This document shows positions 42,354-55,654 of a stretch of 64,000 bases of DNA, piece by piece. The translations under genes and the position numbers were made by a program. The notes under the pieces are model-generated. The model saw only the letters and a program-made list of their open reading frames with translations. It did no database searches and had not been told where the DNA came from. The stretch is from the human T2T-CHM13v2.0 reference genome, Homo sapiens: positions 19,072,001-19,136,000 of the forward strand of contig CP068257.2 of assembly GCA_009914755.4 (NCBI GenBank). The letters run 5' to 3'. Positions within the stretch are counted from its first letter, which is position 1, and every line of letters begins with the position of its first letter.

Positions 42354-43618
42354 GATACAAATAAATGAATAATTACATAAATTATAAAGAGCTTCACAAG
42401 TATAAAGGGTAAAATTTATGTAAAATATATTTTTATTATTTTCACAATGTCTTACTTAAAACAGGAAAGATTCTAACATGATTTTTATACACTTTAAATT
42501 TTAGCATCGAAATTTGAATAAAAATGTTGAAAATAGTTCAGTTTACAGCTCTGTGGGGAAACTCCTGAGAACTAGATGGTTGGAACAAATATCAAATCAG
42601 AAAGATATTAAAGATGGCTGAACAAGAGCAGGCCATTAGGTGGAATATATAGAAATCAGTTAACACCAAAAAAAGTAAGTGTGCTGCATGTTCTGAAGCT
42701 ATAAATTACCCTGAATTACTCACCTATCTAAAGAATATGATCTCTGTGGGTTTTTAAGTGGATATTAAAGGAAGTCTTATTATGCAAAGAGCAGATTTTT
42801 ATAACTCTGGAAAGAATATGCCAAATAGTATAAAAATCTGGAAGCATGGTTGAATAACATTATCAGTTTCCAAAGATAAAATAGGAAATTCTAAGAATAA
42901 AAGTGTTGTCCATTTTTATGCTACATTCTCCAGTAAAAATAGCCAATGTTTCAAGTGATGACAATAAGTAGGGACTGAGAAGTATAAATTTATTCTATAA
43001 GTAAATGATATTACATTGTCAAAGTGAACAATGTATATTTGATTAAAATGTACAAATATGAAGAATCACAAAGTGGAATCTTCATAATAAGACTCAAATA
43101 TTGAAATCTGATTAAAAATAAATGAAGCATGAACATGATTTTTTCTTTTTTATTGATAAATATTCTCTGATGGGAAATATCTGTTGAAATTTTTTAATGT
43201 CTAAAAAGTTGTTTTCATTTGTAATAAAATGAATATTATATAAGCATAAATATTTTAAATATTAAATTTAAAATTTTTATATGCTTCAATATTACATTCA
43301 TAAAAGATGTTTAAAGAATCTACTGGCAAGATAATCAGTAGAGATACATTTATATTTTACAAATTAAAAAAGGGCCAGGTAAAAGGTAATTTTAACGTGC
43401 AGATAAGGTTTTGAAAAGAGGTGAATAAGTCTAAATACGTATGCCAATGAAATTGTCTACTCTAATTGGATAAATTTTATTTTGAGATGTTAATATAAAC
43501 TTTGTTTAACTCAGGAGAAAAACATATTTAGGCAAACACTACAAAGCATAAAACTTGCTGCTCAAAAAATCTAGATGGAAAGCTAGCCTTTAGAGAATTA
43601 TTCAATTAAAGTATAATT

Positions 43619-43770
43619 TTATTTTTTTTCTTTTTTTTAATTAAACTTTAAGTTCTAGGGTACATGTGCACAACGTGCAGGTTTGTTACATATGTATACA
43701 TGTGCCATGTTGGTGTGCTGCACCCGTTAACTCGTCATTTACATTAGGTATATCTCCTAATGCTTTTCTA
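43619..43770 (-). mobile_element. Severely 5'-truncated LINE-1 (L1PA-like) 3'UTR tail, antisense, about 150 bp
   Basis: A poly-T head (ATTTTATTTTTTTTCTTTTTTTTAATTAAAC) is followed by TTTAAGTTCTAGGGTACATGTGCACAACGTGCAGGTTTGTTACATATGTATACATGTGCCATGTTGGTGTGCTGCACCCGTTAACTCGTCATTTACATTAGGTATATCTCCTAATGCT. This is the reverse complement of the L1PA 3' end. Confidence 0.85.
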
Positions 43771-45299
43771 GTGTGTTATATTTTAGCTGAGAGTAAGAAC
43801 CTAATTTCTTAGTGGAAAAAAGCAAATGTAGACAGTCAAGGTAAGGTGTTTCAAGTAAAGGAGAAAGGAAAAGGCAAGCCTCATGGCCTTTGTATCACTT
43901 GGAAGTCATACTTTATGTCATCATCACTAGTGACGACACACATCTCTTAATATCACTAAGTCCTCTGGCTCTACTTTGTATGTATGGCATGTGGATATCA
44001 ATCATTTCTAATATTTGAGTTTTGGAAACAACCTTACACATTAAGTTCATGTAATCTCTAATCATCAAAAATTGCAAAGTCTTCATTGTGCCCTGCAAGC
44101 CTCTACTAATCTTCAGGTTTTCACTAGCTCTAAATTTACTCTTATGGTAATTTATATAAAACCATTTCATATAATAAACTGCATATATAATTGAAAAGGA
44201 TTTGCAATTATGATAAAATAGTTATCTAATTGCTTTAATTCTCCATTATTTTCCTAGTATACTACTGAATTCCTGAATTTCCAATTCAATGTGTGCCCTA
44301 ACTTTAACAGTGTTACTTTCAACGACTTACTCTCCACATAGATTCTCATGCTATTTAATTTTTGTTATGAGCAAATATAACTATCTTTATTGAGTCATGT
44401 AGGATGTTGATATAAAATTTGTTTGCAGCTTATCTATTATATTTCGAGAATTATAATACAAATCATAATACAAGAGGTATGTACAAGACATGAAGATCAA
44501 AAAATAAACACAAAAGTAAAGTTTTAACCCACAATTTCACAGTCTTACAGGGAAGATAGACACATATCAGGTAGTATAATAATGTGTGAAGTGCAATAAC
44601 AAAGATTCAGATAACACTGTGAGTCCACAATGAAAATACACTACTCAGACTTGGGAAATCAGAGGCGGTTTTCTAGGTAAGGTGATGACTAAGCTGGCCC
44701 TAAAAGAACACACTAGGAGAAGTGTAATGTGGGACTGGAGAGATGAAGGAAAAGGTATCTCAGGCTGAAAGAGCCATAGGAACAACAAGAAATAATTATA
44801 TACATGGAAAATGTTCAGGAAATTAAAAGCAGGAACAGAAGCATAAATTCTAGAGGAAAAAGATTCAGATAATAAGATAGAATAGTGCAGTCATGAAGAT
44901 TCCTCTCAACTGAAGTGGTTTTAGAAACTGAAGGATTGGAATGTAGAAAGATATTTGATGTGGGGAGTTAGGGAGGGCGAGGTGATAAACATTACTCTGA
45001 GATTTGGACTTTGGGTGGAAGATCATAATGGCAAAAAACCACATAGGAATACAGAACAAAAGGGTACTGCTTACATAGTTTATCCATTAGAGTTGTAAGA
45101 CTGCAATCAATAGAAGACAATGTTGGCTATCTTAGGTAGAAAGGAAACTTGTTGGGAATAGTAGGCAGCCTCTAAGATGTTTCCCAATCATGTGAATCCC
45201 CTAGGATTCACAGCCTTGTATAATTCCCTTCCACTGACTGTGGGCTGAATTTATTGACTTACTTCTAATGAATAGAATAAGCTGAAGTGATGGGATATT

Positions 45300-45660
45300 A
45301 CCTCAGGGATTAGGTTAACAAGAATGCTGTGGTTTTAATCATGGATGTTCTCTCTTTCCCTCTTAGATCACCAACCCTCGTAAAACCCAGCTGCCATGCT
45401 GTAAGAAAACCTTGTAGAGAGGCCCACATAGCAAATTTGGAAACAAAGTTTCTGAGGTCTGCCAACAGCCACATGAGTGAGCTCACCTGCCCCAGCTGGG
45501 GCTGGCAATAGCTGCAGCCCCACCAACAGCATGATTGCAATCTCATTAGAAAACTAGAGCTGGAGGCACCCAGTTAAACCACTCCCAAATCCCTGAGCTA
45601 CGGACACTGTAAGAAACAATCAACGTGGTCATTTTGAGTTGTTTCATTTTGAGGTAATTT
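45300..45660 (-). mobile_element. MaLR/MLT-like ancient LTR fragment
   Basis: Contains ...GCTGCAGCCCCACCAACAGCATGATTGCAATCTCATTAGAAAACTAGAGCTGGAGGCACCCAGTTAAACCACTCCCAAATCCCTGAGCTACGGACACTGTAAGAAACAATCAACGTGGTCATTTTGAGTTGTTTCATTTTGAGGTAATTTGCTTTATATCAACAAATAACTAACACAG. This resembles the recalled MaLR LTR 3' part '...ccagctaagccgctcctgaattcctgacccacagaaactgtgagataataaatgtttgttgttttaagccactaagttttggggtaatttgttacgcagcaatagataactaatacag'. Confidence 0.45.
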
Positions 45661-48364
45661 GCTTTATATCAACAAATAACTAACACAGGAAGATATCAGA
45701 TGGGGCATAGTTAGAATAGTAGCCATGAAAACAGGACAGCATCCAGAAAAGAAACCGAAGCAACAAGAACTGCTCAACCATGCAAGCGGGATGCCATCGT
45801 TGAAATAAGTGGACTTCAAGTTTTTGGTCCTTGTATTACAATATCCAGAATGATGGAGAGAGAATCCAGTTGTCTGTTTCAGAAACATGCTCACCCTTAG
45901 ACCACAATATGGTAAATTAAAATACCTGCAAAAATAGCCTTTTACATTCTCTAAACACTCCTTTGGCATCTGCAGTGAGAGGGCAGAGCTCCTGAACTGA
46001 CAAAAATGCATTCAAATGAGAGAGAGAGATTTTTCCAAAATAAAACCAAGCAGCCATCAAGAAAGACAAACTGGTGTTGGGTATACAACACACAGTGAAT
46101 GCCCACTGTCTGGGGAGGAAGGAATCAACTATTGGACATAGTAACGTTTTTATGACATCTAGGTGAAGATGTATATGAACAGTTTAACATATGGGTCTAA
46201 GCTTAAATGAGAGAAGCCAGGACATAGTTGAGAGTCATCAGCACTTAGCTGGCATTGGAGTAAAGATAAATTTATTGTTTCATTTGTGGGAAGCAGGTCA
46301 AATAAGAAGAGACTTTAACTGATGGTGGGATGCTATGAAGTACCAACAATGCAAAGAAATATTTCAAAGAAATATCAACATTTTAAAGAAAAAGAGAAGC
46401 ACATAAAGATAATAAGAAATAACAGTAATTTGAGAAGAATCAACAGAATCTTGGGCACCAAAGTCAAGGAGAAGAGAATTTCAAAGAAGTGACTGGCAGT
46501 ATCAGTTGTACTAGAATATTTCAGTAAAATATCAACTACAAAATGGCCTTTACTTTTGGAAATCAATGTTGATAGATACCTTTCCTGAAAACACGTCAGT
46601 CATATCAATATCAATATCAAAATCGTGTTCATAAAAGTTGGTGGCTATTCCTTGCACTTAGAATCAAGTTCCGAGTTCTAGGCTTACTTTCAAAATTCTC
46701 ACATAATATATCTGCTCAATTTAGCACCTGTAAAGACTGCTTATCTCCCTGGCAAGATTATATTTCACTTCAAAGATGGAGACTGTATCTTGCTTTTCTA
46801 TCTACTATAATATCTACCCTAATATGAAGAATATAGGAAGTTATCAATAAATCCATTTTTGAAAAAAGGTGTTTACATTGTTCATTCTATTACATATCAT
46901 TTATCTTCCTCTCTATTTTTATAAAACCTAGACTGTTAATAAGCCAACTTGAATACAGTTTAAATTAAAAGCTGACACTAAACAAAGTCTTTCTAGTTCA
47001 CTTGCTCTCTCTCAAGCATGTGTGTCTGAATTTCCATGGAGTCAATAAAACAGAGTTATAGAGTTCACTATATCTTTAATCTTTTCCCTCTTGTCTACTA
47101 ATTGCAAAGAAAGCAGACTGAGTCTAGATACTGTTAGGCTGTTTATAATTATCCACCTTTGCTTGACTATGTATCCTTTCTAGTACAGAAAACCAATCAA
47201 CAAACAAACAAAAAAAACAACCAATTGTCACTGTGTGATTTATTTCCTAAACTAAACCACCATCAAACAGATAGCTACACAAATATAAGCACCACTTTTT
47301 AACAGGCAACATTAAGTAATGTGTGAAAAATAAGCTTTAATATTGAAAAAAAGAAGTAAGCCTAAAAAAATGTTGTAATGTGTGCAATCTACACCATTTC
47401 TGTTTTTAATTTAAGAGGTGTTATGTTTGAAGATTTACTGGTCCATTGTAACAGCAGAGCAAAAGGGTTAGAGGAGTACTTGGGGTCAACAAGATTCCAG
47501 TTTTTCTTTACTCTTTAAGCCACTTTTCTAATAATCATGCAAACTTGGGGAAAATATTTCATAAACCTAGTTTTAAAAGTAAACTCTTTTTAGTATTTGT
47601 TTTAGTTACTTTGGTTATATATTTGGAAGATCTTTTCGCAGGTTAATAGAAATACTGATTTGTTTCAGTGTCTCCCAACGTTGATATTTTATAAGTCTTA
47701 CATGCAATTTGTGACATGACTTATTTAAAGTTAGCGGGAGAGCAGCCATCGTCCTTTGCCAATTCCAGTTCGCATACTAAATGCAGGCATTCTCATGCAG
47801 TACAGCACCTGCATAAATTTGAAAAATTGAGAATCATGAAAATGGTATTTCAATAGCAGTTCAGTTCAGCAAATGGACAAAATTTATCATGCGACATAAC
47901 ACCTTGAACAAGGTTAATGCCCTGTGGAAACCATATTTCCCTGAAAAAGATTTTGTTGTTGATGCTGATGATTTTCAATAAATACATACATAATCCTTCA
48001 ATTGCACATTTTTTCTCTCATATCTAGATAGTGCTAAATTATAGGTCAATATCATAAAAAGAAAGAAAAAACTATAGCTACAGTAAAAATAATGTATAAG
48101 AGGCATGTAAACAAATAACACACATACACAGCTAAATGGGAGAGAGCCAACAACTCTTTTTAAATAGTGAGTATCTGATGGAATTTTATTTTACAAAATG
48201 TGTTAATGCTTGCTAATGTTTTTAATATTTTTATCCATTCCCAAATTCAAAGGTAATGACAATTCTGACAAGACAAGAAATTATAATATAGTTACATGAA
48301 TTATACAGCTAATAGTCATTTTGTGCTCTTTCTTTTTAACCAGGGAAAACTGTCCCATTTTAGT

Positions 48365-48421
48365 ACACACACAAAGAGAGAGACACACAGAAAGAGTGAG
48401 AGACAGACAGAGAGACGTACA

Positions 48422-48466
<45 letters not shown>
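48365..48466. repeat. Purine-rich (GA/CA) tract ending in a (CA)n microsatellite of about 22 units
   Basis: cacacaaagagagagacacacagaaagagtgagagacagacagagagacgtacacacacatac(ac)22. Confidence 0.9.
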
Positions 48467-48467
<1 letters not shown>

Positions 48468-48971
48468 GTAAAATAGTCTGCCCCTACTGTCAAGTTAAAA
48501 ATTATCAATTATGAGGAATTTGGCAAGTGTGGATACTTTGCAGAACTTGAAAACGTGTAATAAACTTTAAAAGTTTGTCTGTAATAAATGGTTTCTTGAT
48601 CTGTGCTCCCATCCCATACTCATCCTCTCTTTCTCTCTCTCTCGTACACAAACCATAGAATTCTTTTCACAAGGAATCAAAGCAAATCAAATTACTGAAA
48701 TTTCTGGAAGAGCTCAATCTTTCTTAGCACTGAAAATAACAGATATGGGCAGAAAACTTTATAGGGGACTCAGGAAATAAAATAAATATATTTTTGAACA
48801 TAGCAATAATTTTTACTTGGCCTGTAAAAATTTGTAAAGTTTCTATTTTGTTTGATTGAGATGGAAGGGTTCATATGGTATAATTGGCCCCTATGTTTAA
48901 AATTGCACCTATATAAAATTATAATCTGCAAGGTAATTAACGTAGTACTTTGTAATTCCTATTTTTATAAT

Positions 48972-49267
48972 TTTTTTTTTTTTTGAGACGAAGTCTACCT
49001 CTGTTGCCCATGCTGGAGTACAGTGGCGTGATCTTGGCTCATTGCAACCTCCACCTCCCAGGTTCAAGCTATTCTTCTGCCTCAGACTCCTGAGTAGCTG
49101 AGACTACAGGTGCCCGCCACGATGCCCCGCTAATTTTTTGTATTTTTTAGTAAAGACAGGGTTTCACCATGTTGGGCGGGCTGGTCTCGAACTCCTGACC
49201 TTGTGATCTGCCTGCCTCAGCCTCCCAAAGTGCTGGGATTACAGGCGTGAGCCACCGTGCCCTGCCT
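48972..49267 (-). mobile_element. Alu SINE (AluS-like), antisense
   Basis: TTTTTTTTTTTTTGAGACGAAGTCTACCTCTGTTGCCCATGCTGGAGTACAGTGGCGTGATCTTGGCTCATTGCAACCTCCACCTCCCAGG ... ends GATTACAGGCGTGAGCCACCGTGCCCTGCC. Confidence 0.9.
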
Positions 49268-52200
49268 TAAAAATTAATTTTTAAGATGCATGTTAAAAAA
49301 TAAGCTTAAAGCAGCCGTTTTTCAAAGGAGAAGTCAAAATTCTTTAGGGGGATATAGCAACTACAGTTGTCCCAGTAATTGAGGGGAACGTCTTCCTCTT
49401 CAGCTTGATGACTACCAGGGAGATGACAAAAGAAAGTCTGGCAGGCTTTCTGCGACCCTTCTGCTTGATTTGATTTAACAATTATTTAAACGTTGATAAG
49501 TATCTCTGGAACTATTTTAGGAAATTATATTTGAACTTTGAATCTTTTTATTGTGCAAGAATGTATCTGTGATAGTATGCATAATTTTCTATACATATGT
49601 ATCTTATGTGTATATATGAATACACAAATGTATACAGATACATTCATGGGGGATATTGGAACTGCCTCAAGTGCACATATACACACACACACTCACTCTC
49701 TCACACACACAAACACACATGTAAGCCTTCATTCAATGGTTTAAATTTCCTGTGGAATCTTGTTTAAAGGATTTTATGGCACAATTTTTGCACATTAAAA
49801 TGGCATAAGATTTTCTTTAATAACATTTTATTTAGATACTGTGAACTAGGTAGTATGAGAATATGATACATATTCAACTAATTAGTTGAATTCTCATATT
49901 CAACTAATACAGGCAAGTCTAATCTTATTAACAGTGCATAATTGAATGTCTATGACATGCTAATAGGTAAATGTATTATTGCTATTAATACAAAAGTGAC
50001 CTGAACTCTTATTACATGTGTAGCTTATCATCCTGCCTATATAAGAAGAATATAGCTTATTATCCTGATGACACAGAATAAATATAAAAACAAAAACAAT
50101 TTTATAGTTTGATAGATAGTGGAAAGACAGTATTTTGCTTTGGAAGTACTAAGAGATATGAAAGTCAATAGTGCCATCTTTGTACCATTTATCTTTAACT
50201 ATTTCTTCTGTCAGATACTGGTGACAGAAAAAATGATCAAGATGTCTTTCTTCCCTCAGAAAATCTAGAGTCTTATTTTCATGTTCCCTATTTTCTGTCC
50301 TTCCGTCCCAAACATATTTTCCCTGCTTGCCAATATTTCACCTTCGTTTCTGGCAACAGACACAAGCACATTCATACAGCAGCATTGTAGAATTTCCTTA
50401 AAGCGACCTTGATTGTGTCAAGCATGTCAATGACAATACTTTTGTGGTAGTCTCTTTACATCCTAAGTAATCTAGGACTAGCTGTAGTCAGAGATAATTC
50501 ATTTATAAGAATAAGAAAATGCTTAGGAGTCGATGTGTTTTCTCTAATGAATAGTTCAAAAATTCATTTGTTTTAGAAATAGATGTGTTCATTTATGCCT
50601 TTATTCACTTTAGAAATATTTATAATCTGATCTATCTGGGCTGAACACTCTGCTATGAATTTAAAAATCAGAGGATATGAGTCTAAAGTAGAGACAATTA
50701 AGTGAACAAGTAAAATATAAAGAAAAAACGGCTACAGAAAATAATTTCAGACAGGGAGAGTGTGCCAACTCTTTCTGCAGTGTTGCAAGAAAGCTTCTGT
50801 GAGGAGGTCATAATTGAGTTGATTATTTAAGGTTGAGTAGGATTTTACCAGATGGTACCTCACATTGGGGATGTGGGAGGGGAAGTCACTTCTGCCAGAG
50901 GAGAAATCACATGAAAAAGCGTAGAAGAGAGAAAGGATAAAAATTTTAGAGACTTGAAGTATATAAGAAGAGACTTGTGTGTTAACACTAAGATACATAA
51001 ATCCTAGACAATAGGAGGTATTTAAAACATAAAGTAAGGAAATGTCATCCTTAATTTTTGTTTTATATTTTAACTTTTAAATCCTTGAGTGAGCATTTTA
51101 ATTTCGTGTTTTTAGTTATAATCCTCACACTTTATAGGGAAAATATTTTGAGTCATATAAGATTGGCATTCCTCTGGAGTGTTTTCATAATATACTGAAT
51201 CTCATTTGTCCTTTAATTTGTCAGACTAAATTGTTATTTCTTGCTTATAGCTTTACATCCCTTGTGATTCAAGGATAAGAATGATATTTCTTATACACTT
51301 AGAGGGCCCCTAGGATTTCAAATACAATAAAATTGTAACAATTATTTGGTGTATAAATGAATGAATGATCCACTCTTCCTCTCTCTTTGCTCCTGGGAAG
51401 TACTTGCTCCTTATCTAGTATCTTACATCTCAGTAAAGGTCACCACAATTTAATCAATTGCTTGGGACATTTACCTGGGATTTTGTTTTTAACTCCTTTC
51501 TTTCACAACACACATTAATCCATGAGAAAATCCTATTAGTTTTTTTCTTCATATTATGTCATGAATTTAACAACTTTTCACATGCTCAACTATTGCCTGA
51601 ACTATTACAATTTCTTACTGACTGATGTCCTCAGGTTACACTTGACAGTTCCCGTAGAGGAGTGTTATCTTTTAATATAAATGTAAATCTGATCACATTG
51701 CTGTGTTCCTCAACATGGTTTTTTTGGTTCCACATCTGTCTATGATGTAGAAAACTGAAAAGAGCATCATTCCCACTTAAACAATTAAAGGCCAGATACA
51801 CTACAAAATTAACGCTTTCTTTGAACCCATAAGTCAATTTCTACTATTCCACATATAGTATTTAACATTCAATAACAAAATAAGCAATAATTAAAACACA
51901 AAAAAAGGAAGAAAAAAGGATTACTAATAGACAAAGCAATCACTGGAACCAGACTCAGGAATGACCCCATGTTGTAATTCACAGACAGACAATTTATAAT
52001 AACTATAATTAATATGGTAAACTACCAAGTGCAGCATGGAAAAATATATGGGGAATTTCAAAAGATACAGAAAAGATATTTAAAAAGGTGAAATGGGGAT
52101 GCTAGGCAAAACACAGACACTAGACACTGACAAACACACACACACACATCAGCACTACTGAGAATAGAATTACTTAATTGGAAGCCAAAGCAATATACGT

Positions 52201-52439
52201 TACACAAACAAAACATGAGAAATATAGTATCTAAAATAAAAGAACTGTGGGACAAAAACACACAGCGTAAAACACACAATATAATCTGCATGCAATTTGA
52301 CAGAGAAGAGAAAGGATGGATGAGAAAAACAGGACACCAGACCCCCCCATAAAAGCGCATTCACACACACACACAAAAATGAAACTCTGTGGAAACCGCT
52401 AATATAAAAGTAAATATAAAAATATTTGTTTTTCTTATG

Positions 52440-55260
52440 TTCAATGACTCTAAAACAGAGGTCCTCAAGCAGGAAAAATTTTGCCCCTCAGAGCGCATTT
52501 GGAAATCTCTGTAAACACTTTTTATTTTTAAGTTGGAGAGTAGGGGGTGCTACTAGAATCTAGTGGGTAGAGACAAGAGATGTTGCTAAACTATATATAG
52601 TACTATAACACAGGACAGCTCCCAACAACAAAGAATTACCTGATCCAAAATGTAAGTAATGTTGGTACTGAGAAACCCTGTTAAAATATAGTTGATGTTC
52701 TAAAGGAAAATGATAGTGTATTATGTGGCTTTATAACATAGTTAAAATTAAAATGTGTGAATATAATGGCACAAAATTGGGATAAATGGATTGGAAATAG
52801 AAATCTGTGAAGTTTTACAATAAAGGTAAGATGACATAATATTATTTGAAGAAAGCCTGTAATATTAAAGATGATATTGTAAATCCAAAGGTAACCATTA
52901 ATATTGTTTTTACAAAGATAATGTGTGGGTCCAAATAATAATGAAATATTGGAAATAATATTTAATAAAAAATAAACAAACACACGACTAATCCACAAGT
53001 GAGAAAAAATTTTTAAATGGAGGTCAGGGGATGGAAAAAAACAGATTGAATAGAAAGAAGTTACTAAGATGGTGGATTTAAATTCAACTATGTCAAAAAT
53101 TATATTAAATGTAAATGGTCTAAATACAACAATTTAAAAATACAGATGGTCAAATCAGATAAAGCCATATTAAATACAAAGACATATACAAGATAAAAGT
53201 ACAAGGATAAAAAAATAAATACCATGCAAACAATAAACAAAAGAATGCTATAGAGGCAAATTTTTAACTGACAAGCTTGACATTAGAACAAGGAATGTTA
53301 TTAGCAATGAATTGTGACATTACATAACAATAAAAAGGTTAATTCACAAATAAAAATGTTTAAACTTTATAAATGAATAGAACTGAAACTAGAAATAGAA
53401 AAATGTACAATTATTGTTGAAAACGTGAACACTTCACTCTTAGTAACTGGTATACCAAATAAAGAGAACATCAGTAAGAATATAGAAGACCTGAACAATG
53501 CTCTCAATCAATTGACCTAATTAATATTTATACCATACTCATTCTAAAATATCAGAGTATATATTATTTTTATCTATACAGATCATATTTAAAAGATAGA
53601 TGGCTTTCTCAACCAAACAAAACCACAAAAATGTCAAAATAATTAAAATTAGAGCAATTGATGTTCTAACTTTAAAAGAATTTAACCAGAATTCAATAGC
53701 AGAAATCTGAAAAAATCCCCTCAAATTTAGAAGCTGAACAATTTGTTTTTAAATGGCAGATTTGTCAAAAAGAAAGACACCAGGGGAATTGATAAATACT
53801 TATTTGAATGAGAATAAAAACATATTAAACAATATTAATTTAGTGTTTAGGGAAAATTTTACAGCCTTAAAAGTTTACAATAGAAAAGAGGAAGGATAAC
53901 CTCTCAAATAGAGGTTTAAATGTTCACCTTAAAAAACTTTAAAAAGAAGAGAAAATTCACTAGAATAAAGTGAAAATATACAAACAATGAAGAAAAGAGA
54001 TAAACTAAATTAATTTTGTAAAAGAAAAATGATAGAGAAAATTTTGTGTAAAATCTGGTTATTTGAAAAGATCAACAAAATGTATAATCCCCTAGCCTAG
54101 AGGGAAAAGAATAAAGAAAGAATACATAAATCATCAATACCAGGAATGAAACAGTGGCCACTGTTATACATCATAAAGACACATTAGAAGTATGACAATA
54201 CACTATGATAAAAAATTAATACCCCTAAACTTGACAACTGAGGTGGAACAGCAAATTTATTGAATGACAAAAATTACCAACGCTCACTCAAGAAGAAATA
54301 GGTATACTAAGTAGTCATAAGCCTATTACAGAAACTGAATTATTAAAATATTTTCTATAAAGAAAACTTCAGGCTCAGATGCTGTGAAAGCATTTGCCAC
54401 CAAATTTTAAAGAAAAAATAATATAAATTTTCCAAAAACTTTTCTAGAAAATACAAGCAAGGAAAATACCATTCACCTCATTTAATGAGGCCATAATTAT
54501 CCTAATAAAAAAAACTAACGCCATCTACCAAAAACATACAAATACCATATTGTACAAATATTATATGTAATGAAGAAAGACTGAATTCTTATACACAAAG
54601 ATCAGAAACAATACAAAGATGATCATTCTATATATTCTTACCACTTGTATTCAAAACTGTACAGTGCAAAACATTGATGAGAGAATTAAAGAATATTTAA
54701 ATAAAACATATTTGTGGATTTGAAAATTCAATATTGTTAAGATGGCAGTTCTTCCACAACTTATCTATCCATTCAATCCAAATACCATCAAATTACAAAA
54801 AATTGTTCGGCTTTTGTTTTTAGAAAACAACAAATGGATTCTAAATTTTATCCAGAAAAAGAAAGGAATTATAATAGGCAAAACAATTTTGAAAAATAAT
54901 AAATAAGAGTAATCTCTTCAAAGACTCCCTTAAAAAATAAAGTAACAAGCCATTGACTGGAGTAAATTATTTACAAAACAAATTTCAACATGAACCTCTA
55001 ACCAAAATATATAAGATATTCTCAAAAGTCAATAATAAGACAAAAAGTAGTTCAATTAATAATGGGCAAAATATTTAAACAGAGAATTGATTTCAGAAAA
55101 AGATACATGAATTGCAAACAAGTTTTTAAAAAGAGGTTCAATATCATTAACCTATATGGAATTACAATGAAATATCAATATGCTTGCAAGTTCACACAAA
55201 ATTTTGGCTTGTGGTTTCTTCTAGAAATGTTAGCCTTAACTTTCCCACTGAATTTAGTGA
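52440..55260 (+). mobile_element. Ancient LINE-1 (L1M-like), sense. It has a 5'UTR/ORF1-like region and a frameshifted ORF2 with the endonuclease start and reverse-transcriptase motifs still recognisable. The upstream boundary may lie as early as about 51880.
   Basis: At about 53090, TTAAATGTAAATGGTCTAAATACAAC encodes LNVNGLN, the hallmark start of the ORF2 endonuclease domain. At about 54440-54650, ...GAGGCCATAATTATCCTAATAAAAAAAACTAAC...AAAGATCAGAAACAATACAAAGATGATCATTCTATATATTCTTACC is collinear with ...EASITLIPKPDKD... of the RT domain. At about 54720-54800, ATGGCAGTTCTTCCACAACTTATCTATCCATTCAATCCAAATACCATCAAA encodes MAVLPQLIYPFNPIPIK, which matches MAILPKVIYRFNAIPIK. At 55100-55210, ...AATGGGCAAAATATTTAAACAGAGAATTGATTTCAGAAAAAGATACATGAATTGCAAACAAG... 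matches ...[23 protein letters not shown].... At 52480-52680, ...GGGGGTGCTACTAGAATCTAGTGGGTAGAGACAAGAGATGTTGCTAAAC...GACAGCTCCCAACAACAAAGAATTACCTGATCCAAAATGTAAGTAATGTTGGTACTGAGAAACCCTG matches an old-L1 5'UTR motif. Confidence 0.7.
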
Positions 55261-55261
55261 T

Positions 55262-55620
55262 CCATTTTGAGTAAATTGATAAAAGACACGGGTCAAGTCA
55301 ATGCTTTTTAGTTTTCCATACTGAGATCCAATTTTCTCGGCACCACCTGTTGAAAAGGCTATTGTATTTCCATTTGAATTGCCTTTGCATCTTTATTGAA
55401 AATTATTTGACTAAATATATCTGGTCTATTTCTGGAATTTCTATTTATACCATTGTTTTAAGCTTCAATCTTTTTGTCAATACCACACTATCTTAAATAT
55501 TGCAGCTTTATAATATGTTAGAATCAATTGTCATGACTCCTTTAATTTTATTATACTATTTGCTTTTACTTTTTACTTATTTTTTTCTCATGTATTAAAA
55601 CACAAAATCCATAATGGCAA
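55262..55620 (-). mobile_element. LINE-1 ORF2 fragment, antisense, abutting the preceding sense L1
   Basis: ATCCATTTTGAGTAAATTG...CCATACTGAGATCCAATTTTCTCGGCACCACCTGTTGAAAAGGCTATTGTATTTCCATTTGAATTGCCTTTGCATCTTTATTGAAAATTATTTGACTAAATATATCTGGTCTATTTCTGGAATTTCTATTTATACCATTGTTTTAAGCTTCAATCTTTTTGTCAATACCACACTATCTTAAATATTGCAGCTTTATAATATGTTAGAATCAATTGTCATGACTCC is collinear with the reverse complement of L1 ORF2 '...KLDPFLTPYTKINSRWI...'. The consensus reads 'aatccattttgagttaatttttgtgtatggtgtaag...ttcccagcaccatttgttgaagagactgtcctttccccattg...ccagtaccatactgttttgattactgtagctttgtaatatattttgaagtcagg'. Confidence 0.7.
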
Positions 55621-55654
55621 AGGCAAATATTGTCTATTTATGTCGATTTTGTTC

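Noticed and set aside
52440-55620. L1 sense/antisense junction, considered as a twin-priming 5'-inversion
   Set aside because: In twin priming, an inverted upstream L1 segment is followed by a direct downstream segment with poly-A. Here the sense segment is the upstream one and the antisense segment is internal ORF2 sequence, with no adjacent poly-A or poly-T. Neither strand reading fits, so independent insertions or rearrangement are more likely.
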